From an uncultured Planctomycetales bacterium (GTDB taxonomy: Bacteria; Omnitrophota; Gorgyraeia; Zapsychrales; JAHFFX01), in the NCBI GenBank assembly GCA_964612665.1, contig CAZTCI010000006.1, positions 141,750 to 205,749 of the forward strand: a stretch of 64,000 nucleotides of DNA, read 5' to 3'. Shown piece after piece: positions 8,460-17,823 of this stretch (position 1 is its first letter; each line of letters begins with the position of its first letter). A model generated the notes under the pieces. That model saw nothing but the letters and a program-made list of their open reading frames with translations, did not search any database and was not told the DNA's origin. The position numbers and the translations under genes are program-made.

Positions 8460-9068
8460 ATGGATAAAGACGCGCAAGTTAAGGAAAAGATATTAAACAT
8501 TGCAGAAAAACGAATGATCAAATTTGGATACCGCAAAGTCACAATGGATGAAATCTCGCAAGATTTATCGATGAGTAAAAATACCATTTACAAGCATTTC
8601 GCCAGCAAAATAGAAATGGCTGAAGCCATCTTTAGACGCTTAGAGAAAGAAATAAATCATGAGCTTTCCCTTATAGAGGAAAGTAGTAAAGACCCGTTAG
8701 AAATTATCTCGAAGAGCATTTTCTTTGTTCAGCACAAATTAGCTCCTTGGTTTGAACATTTTTTAGGGGATATTAAATTTGAACTCCCCGATTTGTGGCA
8801 GCAATTTGCCGATTTTAGAAATGAAAAGATATCGGAAATAAAAAAACTTATCGAAGATGGGATTCAAAAAGGCAAGTTCAGAAAAGTCAATGCTGCCCTG
8901 GCGTTGCAGGTTTACTTGGGAGGCATCAATCAAGTCATCAACCCGGAATTTCTGACTAGAGAGAAGATTTCATTTTCAGATGCCATTGAAGGTGTCTTAA
9001 ATATCTGGTCGACGGGCATCGTAAAGAACAAGGATAAGGGCATGAGTTATGGTAAGAGTAGTTATTGA
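8460..9068 (+). CDS. TetR/AcrR family transcriptional regulator
   Basis: N-terminal HTH KILNIAEKRMIKFGYRKVTMDEISQDLSMSKNTIYKHFASK. Confidence 0.85.
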   Translation: MDKDAQVKEKILNIAEKRMIKFGYRKVTMDEISQDLSMSKNTIYKHFASKIEMAEAIFRRLEKEINHELSLIEESSKDPLEIISKSIFFVQHKLAPWFEHFLGDIKFELPDLWQQFADFRNEKISEIKKLIEDGIQKGKFRKVNAALALQVYLGGINQVINPEFLTREKISFSDAIEGVLNIWSTGIVKNKDKGMSYGKSSY

Positions 9069-9303
9069 TAAGATCAATTATGAAATCAGTGAAAATTCTT
9101 GCTTGGCTGATGTTTGTTACAAAGCAGGCGTTCCCTTTAGCTGTAATTCAGGTGTTTGCGGGAGTTGTCAGATCACAATTGTCAATGGCGCTGAAAATCT
9201 GAATGAGTTAAACCAAGAAGAAAAGGAATTAGGCATGGATCGAATCCGTCGTTTAGGTTGTCAATGCCGAATCATTAAAAGCACAGTGGAAATTACTTTT
9301 TGA
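9049..9303 (+). CDS. 2Fe-2S ferredoxin-like protein
   Basis: Cys pattern CNSGVCGSCQ...GCQC typical of plant-type 2Fe-2S ferredoxin domains. Confidence 0.65.
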   Translation: MVRVVIDKINYEISENSCLADVCYKAGVPFSCNSGVCGSCQITIVNGAENLNELNQEEKELGMDRIRRLGCQCRIIKSTVEITF

Positions 9304-9336
9304 AATAAGCTCAAAAGAACTTAACGAGGAAGAATT

Positions 9337-9777
9337 ATGAATCAACAAGACGAAAATAAGAAAAATTGGATCGTCGACATTATCAAGAATTCTGGATTTG
9401 GTTTTCTAGCTACGGTTGATCCTGATAATCGGCCATACGTAAGGCCCATGATGCCGCATTTAAGCGATGACGGGGTGTTATTACTGGCTGTTCTTCCCCA
9501 TTCCAGAACTTTAAAACATGTTCAGAATAACCCTATGGTTGAGATTTGTTATCTTAACAGTCAAATGACCTATTGCCGTATTTCGGGCAAAGCCCGGATA
9601 AGTTACGATTTGGAAAAAAAGGAACTCGTTTGGAATAATATTGCGATGTTGCGAAATTATTTCGCTAGTCCTCTCGACGAAAAATACCATCTTTTGGAAA
9701 TTGATTCTGAGAGAATCGAGACATTGACTGCATCGCAGACATTCCCTGAGGATTTCTATTTTTGTTTAACTCAATAG
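9337..9777 (+). CDS. Pyridoxamine 5'-phosphate oxidase-like FMN-binding split-barrel protein
   Basis: GFGFLATVDPDNRPYVRPMM...VEICYLNSQ... typical of the PNPOx-like family. Confidence 0.7.
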   Translation: MNQQDENKKNWIVDIIKNSGFGFLATVDPDNRPYVRPMMPHLSDDGVLLLAVLPHSRTLKHVQNNPMVEICYLNSQMTYCRISGKARISYDLEKKELVWNNIAMLRNYFASPLDEKYHLLEIDSERIETLTASQTFPEDFYFCLTQ

Positions 9778-9854
9778 TTTCTTTGGGACGAAGGACCTTA
9801 TAAAAGTTGTTGAGAAGATAAAATCAGTTTTTAACAATTAGTTAGGAGGAAGAG

Positions 9855-11183
9855 ATGAAAATGTTGTTCAAGGGTTCCAAGGTTTTAAAAGCTATGGGAT
9901 TCTTCCTGGCTTTTGGGATTATGCCGGCGTTTGCTGATGATTCGCCAAATAATCCTGAGTTTTCGCAATGGAATTTTAAACTCGCCGGTGAGGAAAGACT
10001 GCGGTATGAATACAAAAATGATTTCGATTTTAATCAAAATCTCAAAGACAATGGCGGCCAGTTGTATCACCGTTTGCGTTTAGGTGGAATGGCCAGTCTT
10101 ACCGATGAATACCTTAAGCCCAAAGTCGATATTTTTATTGAAGGTCTCGACGCGCAAACCGGCGGTTATAGGATCAAAGCGGCTTCTAATCAAGTCGATG
10201 ACTTTGATCTTCATCAAGCTTATGTAAACGTTCATCATATTTTGAATTCAGATTTTGATATTAAAGCCGGCCGCGAGGAATTTAAATATGGTAAAGGACG
10301 GTTGATTGCCGCTCCGACGTGGGCAAACCGCATCCGTGCCTTTGATGGAGGCGTTTTTCATTATCAGAAGAAGGAATTCTGGGCAGATTTTTTATACGGA
10401 CAAGATGTTAAATATGATGACGATAAATTTAATCAATCCCGTTCAGAAGAATTCTTAACTGGTTTTTACAGCGCATATCAAAAACATAAAATGGCCCCAT
10501 TGATTGAGCCTTACTTTTTGGAGATGAAGGACCTTAAAGGAACAACAAACACCCAGCGCTATACCGTCGGAGCGCATCTGCAGCATACGATAGCTGATGG
10601 TACGGTTTTGGATATGGAATTTCCTTATCAATTCGGTCATGTTGGTTCGGCGACTTCAAAGAAAAAGGAAATCAAGGCCTATGCGTTTCATGCCGATGTG
10701 ACTAAAAGTTGGGAAGCTGTTCAATTGAAACCTAAGTTAATGATTTCTTATGACGAGGCCTCCGGTGATAAAGATCCCAATGACAGTGTCAACAATACAT
10801 TCATTCCTTTGTATCAAACCACACATGAACCTTATGGTTTATTGGATTTTTTCCGTTGGGAAAATATGCGCAATCCAGAAATCAGTGCGACATTTTCTCC
10901 GACGGAAAAGCTTAGATTTACACCGCAGACAGATTTTTTCTGGCTGCAGAGCAAATTCGATTCTTGGTATAACTCTTCTGGAACAGCCGTTCGTTCGAAA
11001 ACAAGCGGTGACCGCGGTTATTTTGTCGGCACGGAAATTTCGCTGCGCGTTTATTATGATCTTAATAAATATCTTAAGCTAGAATCCGGCTACGCACATT
11101 TTTTGCCAGGTGTATATGTGAAAGACAGCGGAGCGGATGATGATGTGGATTGGGTTTACTCACAAGTCGCCTTTAAATTCTAA
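9855..11183 (+). CDS. Outer-membrane beta-barrel protein (alginate-export/porin-like), first gene of the molybdate uptake cluster
   Basis: Signal peptide MKMLFKGSKVLKAMGFFLAFGIMPAFA, alternating amphipathic strands, and an aromatic C-terminus VAFKF typical of OMP barrels. Confidence 0.55.
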   Translation: MKMLFKGSKVLKAMGFFLAFGIMPAFADDSPNNPEFSQWNFKLAGEERLRYEYKNDFDFNQNLKDNGGQLYHRLRLGGMASLTDEYLKPKVDIFIEGLDAQTGGYRIKAASNQVDDFDLHQAYVNVHHILNSDFDIKAGREEFKYGKGRLIAAPTWANRIRAFDGGVFHYQKKEFWADFLYGQDVKYDDDKFNQSRSEEFLTGFYSAYQKHKMAPLIEPYFLEMKDLKGTTNTQRYTVGAHLQHTIADGTVLDMEFPYQFGHVGSATSKKKEIKAYAFHADVTKSWEAVQLKPKLMISYDEASGDKDPNDSVNNTFIPLYQTTHEPYGLLDFFRWENMRNPEISATFSPTEKLRFTPQTDFFWLQSKFDSWYNSSGTAVRSKTSGDRGYFVGTEISLRVYYDLNKYLKLESGYAHFLPGVYVKDSGADDDVDWVYSQVAFKF

Positions 11184-11201
11184 ATTAATTGGAGAAAAGT
11201 T

Positions 11202-11960
11202 ATGAAAATGAGATCAATTATATTATCACTTTTACTTGTTTTATTTTCGTCAGTATATGCTTTTGCCGACTTGACCGTTGCGGTGGCGGCGAATGTTCAA
11301 TATACTTTTGAAGAACTCAAAGCCGCGTTTCAAAAAGAGACGGGCATTAATGTCAAACAGATTATCGGTTCGTCGGGAAAATTTACAACTCAAATTGAGA
11401 ACGGTGCGCCGTTTGATGTCTTTCTCTCCGCTGACATGGATTATCCCAAAACACTTGAGAAGGAAGGATTGACATACAACTCACCTAAAATTTATGCTTA
11501 CGGGACGCTGGTTTTGTGGACAATGAATAATGTTGATTTAACGAAAGGCATTGACGCCGTGGCGGACTTGGCGGTCAAAAAAGTGGCGATCGCTTCTCCT
11601 AATACCGCACCGTATGGACGTCAGGCTGTGAATGCGCTTAAACATTATCATTTATACGGTCAGGTCCAGAAAAAATTGGTTTACGGCGAAAGCATCGCGC
11701 AGGCCAATCAATTTATCACAACCAAAGCCGTTGATCTTGGATTCACCGCCCAATCCGTCGTGCTTGCGCCCAATATGAAAGATCAGGGGAAATGGATTGA
11801 AATCGATAAGCAAGCCTACGAACCGATCGCGCAGGGTGTGGTTATCTTGAAACATGTTCAAAAAGAAAATTTGCAAGACGCACAGAAGTTTTTTGATTTT
11901 CTTTTTTCCTTGGAAGCTCACGAGATTTTTAAAAAATACGGTTATGTTTTGCCTGAATAA
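11202..11960 (+). CDS. modA: Molybdate ABC transporter substrate-binding protein
   Basis: Signal peptide, then LTVAVAANVQYTFEELKAAFQKETGINVKQIIGSSGKFTTQIENGAPFDVFLSADMDYP, a ModA signature. Adjacent modB and modC. Confidence 0.85.
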   Translation: MKMRSIILSLLLVLFSSVYAFADLTVAVAANVQYTFEELKAAFQKETGINVKQIIGSSGKFTTQIENGAPFDVFLSADMDYPKTLEKEGLTYNSPKIYAYGTLVLWTMNNVDLTKGIDAVADLAVKKVAIASPNTAPYGRQAVNALKHYHLYGQVQKKLVYGESIAQANQFITTKAVDLGFTAQSVVLAPNMKDQGKWIEIDKQAYEPIAQGVVILKHVQKENLQDAQKFFDFLFSLEAHEIFKKYGYVLPE

Positions 11961-11972
11961 GAAAGGCGGCTT

Positions 11973-12380
11973 ATGAATAAACTAAAAGGAAAAATTTCTG
12001 ATGTCCAATCCTCCGATCATATTTCAATCATTCAGGTGAATGTCGACGGAGATGTCTTTAGCTCCATTGTATTGGAAGGAAAGAAGAGCCCGTTAAGTTA
12101 TAAACCTAAAGACAATGTCACTCTGCTTTTCAAAGAAACTGAAGTTGGTCTTGCTAAAGATTTGAGCGGCATGATTAGTTTAAGAAACCGGTTTAAAGCC
12201 ACAATCAAGAAAATTGATAAAGGTCCAATTCTGGCCAAGGTTACTCTCCAATACCGAACACACACTATCGAATCGATTATCTCCGCCCAATCCGCCACGC
12301 AAATGAAGCTCAAAGAAAAAGAAGAAGTTGAGTGGCTGGTCAAAACAAATGAAGTGACCTTAATGAAAAATCCCGAATGA
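11973..12380 (+). CDS. mop: Molybdopterin/molybdate-binding protein (tandem TOBE/Mop domains)
   Basis: Two about 65-aa repeats beginning MNKLKGKISDV... and RNRFKATIKKID... characteristic of Mop/ModE C-terminal TOBE domains. Confidence 0.75.
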   Translation: MNKLKGKISDVQSSDHISIIQVNVDGDVFSSIVLEGKKSPLSYKPKDNVTLLFKETEVGLAKDLSGMISLRNRFKATIKKIDKGPILAKVTLQYRTHTIESIISAQSATQMKLKEKEEVEWLVKTNEVTLMKNPE

Positions 12381-12381
12381 T

Positions 12382-13050
12382 ATGGATATCAGTCCATTAC
12401 TCCTCACCTTCAAGTTAGCGTGTCTCACGACGCTAATTCTCATCGTCATCGGCATTCCGCTCGCGTATTGGGTTTCATTTTCCCGCAATCGATTGAAATA
12501 TTTCATTGAACCGCTCATCAGCATGCCGTTGGTTTTGCCGCCGACGGTGTTGGGCTTTTATATTTTGCTTGTCTTCAGCCCGCGGTCCCCCGTTGGTAAT
12601 TTCTTAGAAACAGTTTTTCATCTCAAAGTGGTTTTTACTTTTACCGGATTGGTAATCGGTTCCGTTTTATTCAGTCTGCCTTTTATGGTTAATCCCATTA
12701 AATCCGGATTGCAAAGTTTTCCTCAATCGTTAATTGAGGCCTCCTACGCACTGGGCAAATCAAAAAGAGAAACTCTTTTAAAAGTAATTCTACCCAATAT
12801 TAAACCGGCTTTATTGACGGGAATCGTGATGGCGTTTGCGCACACAGTGGGAGAGTTTGGCGTGGTTTTAATGATCGGCGGCAATATTCCTGGCGAAACA
12901 CGCGTTGCTTCGATTGCGATTTTCGGAGAAGTCGAAGCGTTAAACTATGCCGCCGCAAATTTTTATTCTGCGATTTTATTTTTAATTTCGTTTCTTATCT
13001 TATTTGCTTTAAATATCATCAATAAAAAAGACTATAAGGTCATGCCATGA
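12382..13050 (+). CDS. modB: Molybdate ABC transporter permease
   Basis: Five TM helices and the EAA-like loop IEASYALGKSKRETLLKVILP. Confidence 0.85.
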   Translation: MDISPLLLTFKLACLTTLILIVIGIPLAYWVSFSRNRLKYFIEPLISMPLVLPPTVLGFYILLVFSPRSPVGNFLETVFHLKVVFTFTGLVIGSVLFSLPFMVNPIKSGLQSFPQSLIEASYALGKSKRETLLKVILPNIKPALLTGIVMAFAHTVGEFGVVLMIGGNIPGETRVASIAIFGEVEALNYAAANFYSAILFLISFLILFALNIINKKDYKVMP

Positions 13051-13919
13051 TTCGAGTGAAAGCTAAAAAGAAATTAATCACCAGTCATGGTCCTTTGCAG
13101 CTCGATGTCGATTTTCAAATACAGGACAAAGAATTCATTACATTTTTCGGCCAGTCGGGAGCGGGGAAAACCACGATCCTGCGCATGATTGCCGGGTTAA
13201 CCGATCCAGAAGAAGGATTGATCGAAGTCGATCGCGAAATCTGGTTTGATAGCAACAAAAAAATTAATCTCCCAATTCAAAAAAGAGAAATCAGCCTCGT
13301 TTTCCAGGATTACAATCTCTTCCCTAATATGACGGTCAGGGAGAATTTACAATATGCGCTTAAAGATAAGAAAGATGAGAAACTTATCGACGAGTTTCTG
13401 GAAATGGTGCATTTGAGTGAATTGAAAAGCCGTAAACCCGAAATCCTTTCCGGCGGGCAGAAGCAAAGAGTCGCTTTAGTCCGGGCGTTACTTAGACGTC
13501 CTAAAATATTTTTATTGGATGAACCTTTATCTGCGCTCGATTTAGATTTGCGTTTAAAACTGCAGGACGAAATTTTTGCGCTTTATAACCGGTTTAAGAT
13601 TCCGACGATCTTTGTGACGCATGACTTAAGTGAAATTTTTAAACTCGCCCATCAGATTCTTATGGTTGAAAGAGGACGGATCATCCGCTCGGGTAAGCCG
13701 CCCGATATTTTCGGCGAAGAGATGTTAAGCGGCAAATTTAAATTTGTCGGGCGCATTCTTGCCTTAGAAAAAGAAGATTTCCTTTATATTGTAACCGTAC
13801 AGATTGGAAATAATTTAACAAAGGTTGTGGCGACGGAAAAAGAGGCGGAGGCTTGGCGTGTCGGCGATCGAGTTTTGGTTTCGGCCAAGGCGTTTAATCC
13901 GATTATTTTAAAGATCTAA
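13047..13919 (+). CDS. modC: Molybdate ABC transporter ATP-binding protein with C-terminal TOBE domain
   Basis: Walker A GQSGAGKTT, ABC signature LSGGQKQRVAL, Walker B IFLLDEP, and a C-terminal TOBE region. Confidence 0.85.
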   Translation: MIRVKAKKKLITSHGPLQLDVDFQIQDKEFITFFGQSGAGKTTILRMIAGLTDPEEGLIEVDREIWFDSNKKINLPIQKREISLVFQDYNLFPNMTVRENLQYALKDKKDEKLIDEFLEMVHLSELKSRKPEILSGGQKQRVALVRALLRRPKIFLLDEPLSALDLDLRLKLQDEIFALYNRFKIPTIFVTHDLSEIFKLAHQILMVERGRIIRSGKPPDIFGEEMLSGKFKFVGRILALEKEDFLYIVTVQIGNNLTKVVATEKEAEAWRVGDRVLVSAKAFNPIILKI

Positions 13920-13972
13920 AGATTCTTTCCGTCGGCATTGACAAAAGTAGACTTGCTTGATACCTTAACTTT

Positions 13973-14275
13973 ATGTTTAAAAACAAAATCAATAAATTTG
14001 CGCTTATTCTACTGCTGTTTGCCGTCGCGGGATTCTTGTCAATATCTCTTGGCGGCGAATTTCTTCATAACTGCATTCATCATCACACTGATCAAGCTTC
14101 CACTGATCAATGTTCATTCTCTCTGCTTCAAACCCAGGTCTTCCTCGCCATCCTGGGCTTTATTGCCGCGTTACTTGCCAAAATCGTTCCTTACTTTTCA
14201 GAAACTCCCCCAACTTTTTCTACACATTCCTTTATCAATCTTCCTAATCTCCGCGCTCCGCCAGTCTTTCTCTAA
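13973..14275 (+). CDS. Small two-TM membrane protein with a Cys/His cluster (C-x-HHH-x8-C)
   Basis: Follows a TTGACA -35-like box at 13939-13944. Translation has two hydrophobic helices flanking NCIHHHTDQASTDQC. The overlapping alternative ORF 13938-14315 is less protein-like. Confidence 0.35.
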   Translation: MFKNKINKFALILLLFAVAGFLSISLGGEFLHNCIHHHTDQASTDQCSFSLLQTQVFLAILGFIAALLAKIVPYFSETPPTFSTHSFINLPNLRAPPVFL

Positions 14276-14339
14276 ATTAATAAAAAGGTTTTGTATCCAA
14301 AATTCCGCTGGATAACTTTTATTATTTTGAGGGGGAACT

Positions 14340-15659
14340 ATGAAAAAAATCTATTTTTTGTATCACTTAATAATCTTTCTATTTCTTTTTGGTCTAAGTA
14401 ATGTCAGCGCTGAGTCTACTCTGGAAGATGAGGTTAAGTCGATGAAAACGCAAATGGAATTGATGCAAAAAAAGCTCACGGAATTAGAAGCTAAAGTCCA
14501 GAGTCAAAATTCAGAGATTACAAATCAGAAATCTGCCAAGGAAGTGTACGAAAAGCGAATTACTGATTTAGAAAATCAATTGGCACAGCAGCAGAGAATT
14601 CCTTTATCTGTGGCGGCGGTTAATCGTCCGACGACGGGTAAATGGACTCCGGAAATTGGTGCGGTCGCTGATACTGTATTTACTTCAACGAGTACTAAGG
14701 CCGATCAAAGCGGCGCCAATCGTTTAAGTTTACGGGAGTTAGAATTAGTGCTGGGTAGCAATGTGGACCCTTATTCTCGTCTCGATGCCACGATTTCATT
14801 CTCGGATGAAGATAATCCTTCTTTGGAAGAAGCTTATTTAACGCGTTTTGATTTACCTTTTGAAACGACCGCCCGTCTAGGAAAGTTCAAACCGAAAGTC
14901 GGGAAAGTTCTGGGGACGCACCGGGATAGTTTAGATACGGTTGATGAGCCGATTGTTATCCAGCGTTATTTTGGGACAGAAGGTATGAATAAAAGTGGGC
15001 TAGATTTTACAAAAACATTAAATCTTCCTTGGCCTGTGACACAACAAGTTGCTTTCGGTGTTTTGGAAGGAGGCAACGGTGAGAATGGAACCGCGTTTGG
15101 CACAACCCGACGGGCGCCGACATTGTACGGCCACCTTAAAAATTACATCGATCTTTCTGACACAAGCGGTTTAGAGATTGGTTTTTCACCCATGATTGGT
15201 TCAGGTGGTGATGAACCTGGGTTTGACGCGCAGGTTTTAGGAGCGGACATGACTTTAACGCAGCATGTTGGTCCTATACAAACAGTGAAATGGCAAAATG
15301 AAGTTTTTAATCTTAATCGCCGAAAAACGACAGGTATCGATACGAACAATGATGGGATCCCTGATGTTAAGGTCGATGGGAATTTGTGGGGCGCTTACAG
15401 TCTTTTGGATTATCACTTTCATCCGCAATGGTCAGCGGGCTTTCGTTACGATTATGTGCAACTGGTCAATAATAATCCAACGATCAATCCGCACAATAAT
15501 GATAACGGCGAAACAGGATATCTTACATTTTATCAAAGTGAATTCGCCCGTTGGCGCCTGCAGTATCAGCATCTGCGCTTAGCGACTGGAAAAGATGACA
15601 ATACCGTCTATCTTCAGGGAACATTCGCAATCGGAGATCACAAACATAAATTGCAATAA
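14340..15659 (+). CDS. Outer-membrane porin with N-terminal coiled-coil (phosphate-selective porin O/P-like), first gene of the metal-uptake cluster
   Basis: Signal peptide, heptad-rich segment (MKTQMELMQKKLTELEAKVQ...), then beta-strand-rich body ending ...YLQGTFAIGDHKHKLQ. Confidence 0.5.
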   Translation: MKKIYFLYHLIIFLFLFGLSNVSAESTLEDEVKSMKTQMELMQKKLTELEAKVQSQNSEITNQKSAKEVYEKRITDLENQLAQQQRIPLSVAAVNRPTTGKWTPEIGAVADTVFTSTSTKADQSGANRLSLRELELVLGSNVDPYSRLDATISFSDEDNPSLEEAYLTRFDLPFETTARLGKFKPKVGKVLGTHRDSLDTVDEPIVIQRYFGTEGMNKSGLDFTKTLNLPWPVTQQVAFGVLEGGNGENGTAFGTTRRAPTLYGHLKNYIDLSDTSGLEIGFSPMIGSGGDEPGFDAQVLGADMTLTQHVGPIQTVKWQNEVFNLNRRKTTGIDTNNDGIPDVKVDGNLWGAYSLLDYHFHPQWSAGFRYDYVQLVNNNPTINPHNNDNGETGYLTFYQSEFARWRLQYQHLRLATGKDDNTVYLQGTFAIGDHKHKLQ

Positions 15660-15675
15660 CATGAGAGGAACTTCA

Positions 15676-16584
15676 ATGAGAAAAATATTTTTAACGTTTA
15701 TTGTATTGTTAACAGTTTCTGTTCAATCAAGCTGGGCGGAAAAACCACTTAATGTGGTGACAACGCAAACTCTTTTTGCCGAATTAGTCAGGCACATCGG
15801 TGGAAATAAAGTAAATGTGACTGCTATCGCTTCTCCTAAATACAATATCCATTTTATCCAACCAAAACCAAGCGATGTTCGTAAAGTTGCGCAAGCCGAT
15901 CTTTATGTAAATGGAGGATTGGATTTAGAAGCTTGGTCTGATCCACTTCTTGAAGCCGCCGGGCGGCCTGAACTTTTTAGAAATGGCCGGCGCAACGTCG
16001 ATCTTTCACAAGGTATCCGGCTGCTCAATGTTCCAGATCATCCGTTGTCCCGGGCAGAAGGGGATATCCATGCTTTTGGAAATCCACATTTTCAAATGAA
16101 TCCCGAGAATGCCAAAATTATGGTTCGGACCATTACCGAAAAGTTAAAAGAGTTTGATTCCACTAATGCCAATTATTATGAGGACAACGCCAAGACTTTC
16201 TTAAGTCAACTGGATCACAAAATCAGCGAATGGAAGAATATCTGTAATCAATGTGCGGGAAAAGAAATCATTTCCTATCACGACGAGGTCGCTTATATCA
16301 TTGATTTTTTTGGAATGAAGGACGAGCAATACCTTGAACCTAAACCAGGAATTCCACCAACGCCTAAACACTTAGAATTTTTACAAGAATATGCCAAGAC
16401 AAATCAGATCAAAGCGATTTCGGTTGCGACTTATTTCCCGAGGGATGCGGCCGAGCAATTGGCGAAACGTCTGGGTGTTAAGGTGATAACGATCGCGCAA
16501 GAACCTGGAGAAGTTTCTGGGACGGATGATATTTTTAGTTTTTTTGATTACGACATTAAACAAATTAGTGAAGGGATAAAATAA
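15676..16584 (+). CDS. znuA: Metal (Zn/Mn) ABC transporter substrate-binding protein, ZnuA/TroA family
   Basis: Signal peptide MRKIFLTFIVLLTVSVQSSWA, then NVVTTQTLFAELVRHIGGNKVNVTAIASP...HFIQPKPSD. GAGAGG RBS 7 nt upstream of this ATG. Confidence 0.8.
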   Translation: MRKIFLTFIVLLTVSVQSSWAEKPLNVVTTQTLFAELVRHIGGNKVNVTAIASPKYNIHFIQPKPSDVRKVAQADLYVNGGLDLEAWSDPLLEAAGRPELFRNGRRNVDLSQGIRLLNVPDHPLSRAEGDIHAFGNPHFQMNPENAKIMVRTITEKLKEFDSTNANYYEDNAKTFLSQLDHKISEWKNICNQCAGKEIISYHDEVAYIIDFFGMKDEQYLEPKPGIPPTPKHLEFLQEYAKTNQIKAISVATYFPRDAAEQLAKRLGVKVITIAQEPGEVSGTDDIFSFFDYDIKQISEGIK

Positions 16585-17420
16585 TGCATGAATTTTTAAA
16601 TGTCATGACACTGCCCTTTCTGGCGTGTTTGATTCTAACTGGAATTCATGCGTATTTGGGTTTTCATGTCATTGAGCGCCAGGTTATTTTTGTAGACCTG
16701 GCGCTGGCCCAAATTGCCGCATTGGGAGCCAGTTTTGCTTTGGTCTTAGGGTTCAGTTTAGAAAGTCCGTATGCGTATTGGCTATCGTTAGGATTTACCA
16801 TTTTAGGCGCAGGCATTTTTTCTTTGACGCGTTTTAAAAAACAACGCATTCCGCAAGAAGCCATTATTGGTATTACCTATGCAGTTTCGGCAGCTTTATT
16901 AATACTGGTGCTTAGCCGTTCGGGGGAAGGCGATGAACACATTCGCCAGGCGTTGGTTGGCAATATTTTGCTTGTCAGTAAGATGGACATTATCAAAATG
17001 TTTATTATTTACTCGATCATCGGCGTTGTCCATTTTATTTTTCGTAGTCAATTTCTAATGATTTCACAAAATCCGCAAGCTTGTTTTCAGAAAGGCCTGA
17101 AGGTCAGGTTTTGGGACTTTCTTTTTTACGTTTCTTTTGGTTTTGTTGTGACAAGTTCAGTGAAAATCGCTGGTGTATTGTTGGTTTTTTCTTTTCTAAT
17201 TGTCCCACCTGTATGTGCCATGCTCTTCTCTAATATACTCCATATACGCCTGATCTTGGGTTGGGCCATAGGATTTTTGGCAAGTGTGCTAGGAATGACC
17301 ATTTCTTATTATTGGGATTTCCCGACCGGCGCCAGTGTGGTATGTGTTTTTGGTCTTATTTTGACACTAATGGCATTGATGAAATTTGCTCAAAATGCAT
17401 TCGGGGCAAAAAATATTTAA
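16584..17420 (+). CDS. znuB: Metal ABC transporter permease (ZnuB/TroD family)
   Basis: Eight predicted TM helices; ATGA-type overlap with the upstream substrate-binding gene. No ATPase gene adjacent. Confidence 0.8.
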   Translation: MHEFLNVMTLPFLACLILTGIHAYLGFHVIERQVIFVDLALAQIAALGASFALVLGFSLESPYAYWLSLGFTILGAGIFSLTRFKKQRIPQEAIIGITYAVSAALLILVLSRSGEGDEHIRQALVGNILLVSKMDIIKMFIIYSIIGVVHFIFRSQFLMISQNPQACFQKGLKVRFWDFLFYVSFGFVVTSSVKIAGVLLVFSFLIVPPVCAMLFSNILHIRLILGWAIGFLASVLGMTISYYWDFPTGASVVCVFGLILTLMALMKFAQNAFGAKNI

Positions 17421-17823
17421 TTTAGACCGAGTCGATATCTATAAAAAACGTAATTACAAATACTTAGGGAATATAGACTCAAGAAACCGCTCATCTTGAA
17501 AAACGAAAATTCATGTTTTATACTTTAAGAGCGTTATAGAAAGTTTGACGCGATAAAGGCAAACCTGCCGGAAGGCAGCGACCCAGGCTTCGCTGAATTT
17601 CAGCTTCGCCTGGCCTGGCAAAGTTCCAGCACGAAAGTGTTAGAGCAGAGCCGGGGCAAAACTAAAGGGGCCAAAACCAGTTTTTGAAGGAAGGGCCAGC
17701 CAGTTGCCGCACAGCTAGAGTCTATTCATCTGCATTGTACTGCTGCATTGCACTGCGAAATTGCCACCCGCCCTGGTTTTATGCTTTCAAAAATTTGGGA
17801 TGCCTCTAAGAAAGGATCCTGTT

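Noticed and set aside
9049-9068. The 20-nt overlap between the tetR 3' end and the ferredoxin ORF start made me doubt the ferredoxin start
   Set aside because: No better in-frame ATG with an RBS downstream before the first Cys ligand; kept the track start but with reduced confidence.
13938-14315. Alternative 125-aa ORF overlapping the small His/Cys membrane protein
   Set aside because: It starts within the putative -35 box and its translation is low-complexity (LFYCCLPSRDSCQ...) without helices; the 13973 frame has two clean TM helices.
17731-17757. Tandem 13-mers ctgcattgtactg/ctgcattgcactg considered as a CRISPR-like or satellite repeat
   Set aside because: Only two units, no spacers and no cas genes. 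More plausibly a direct-repeat regulator binding site in the promoter of the 17824 gene.
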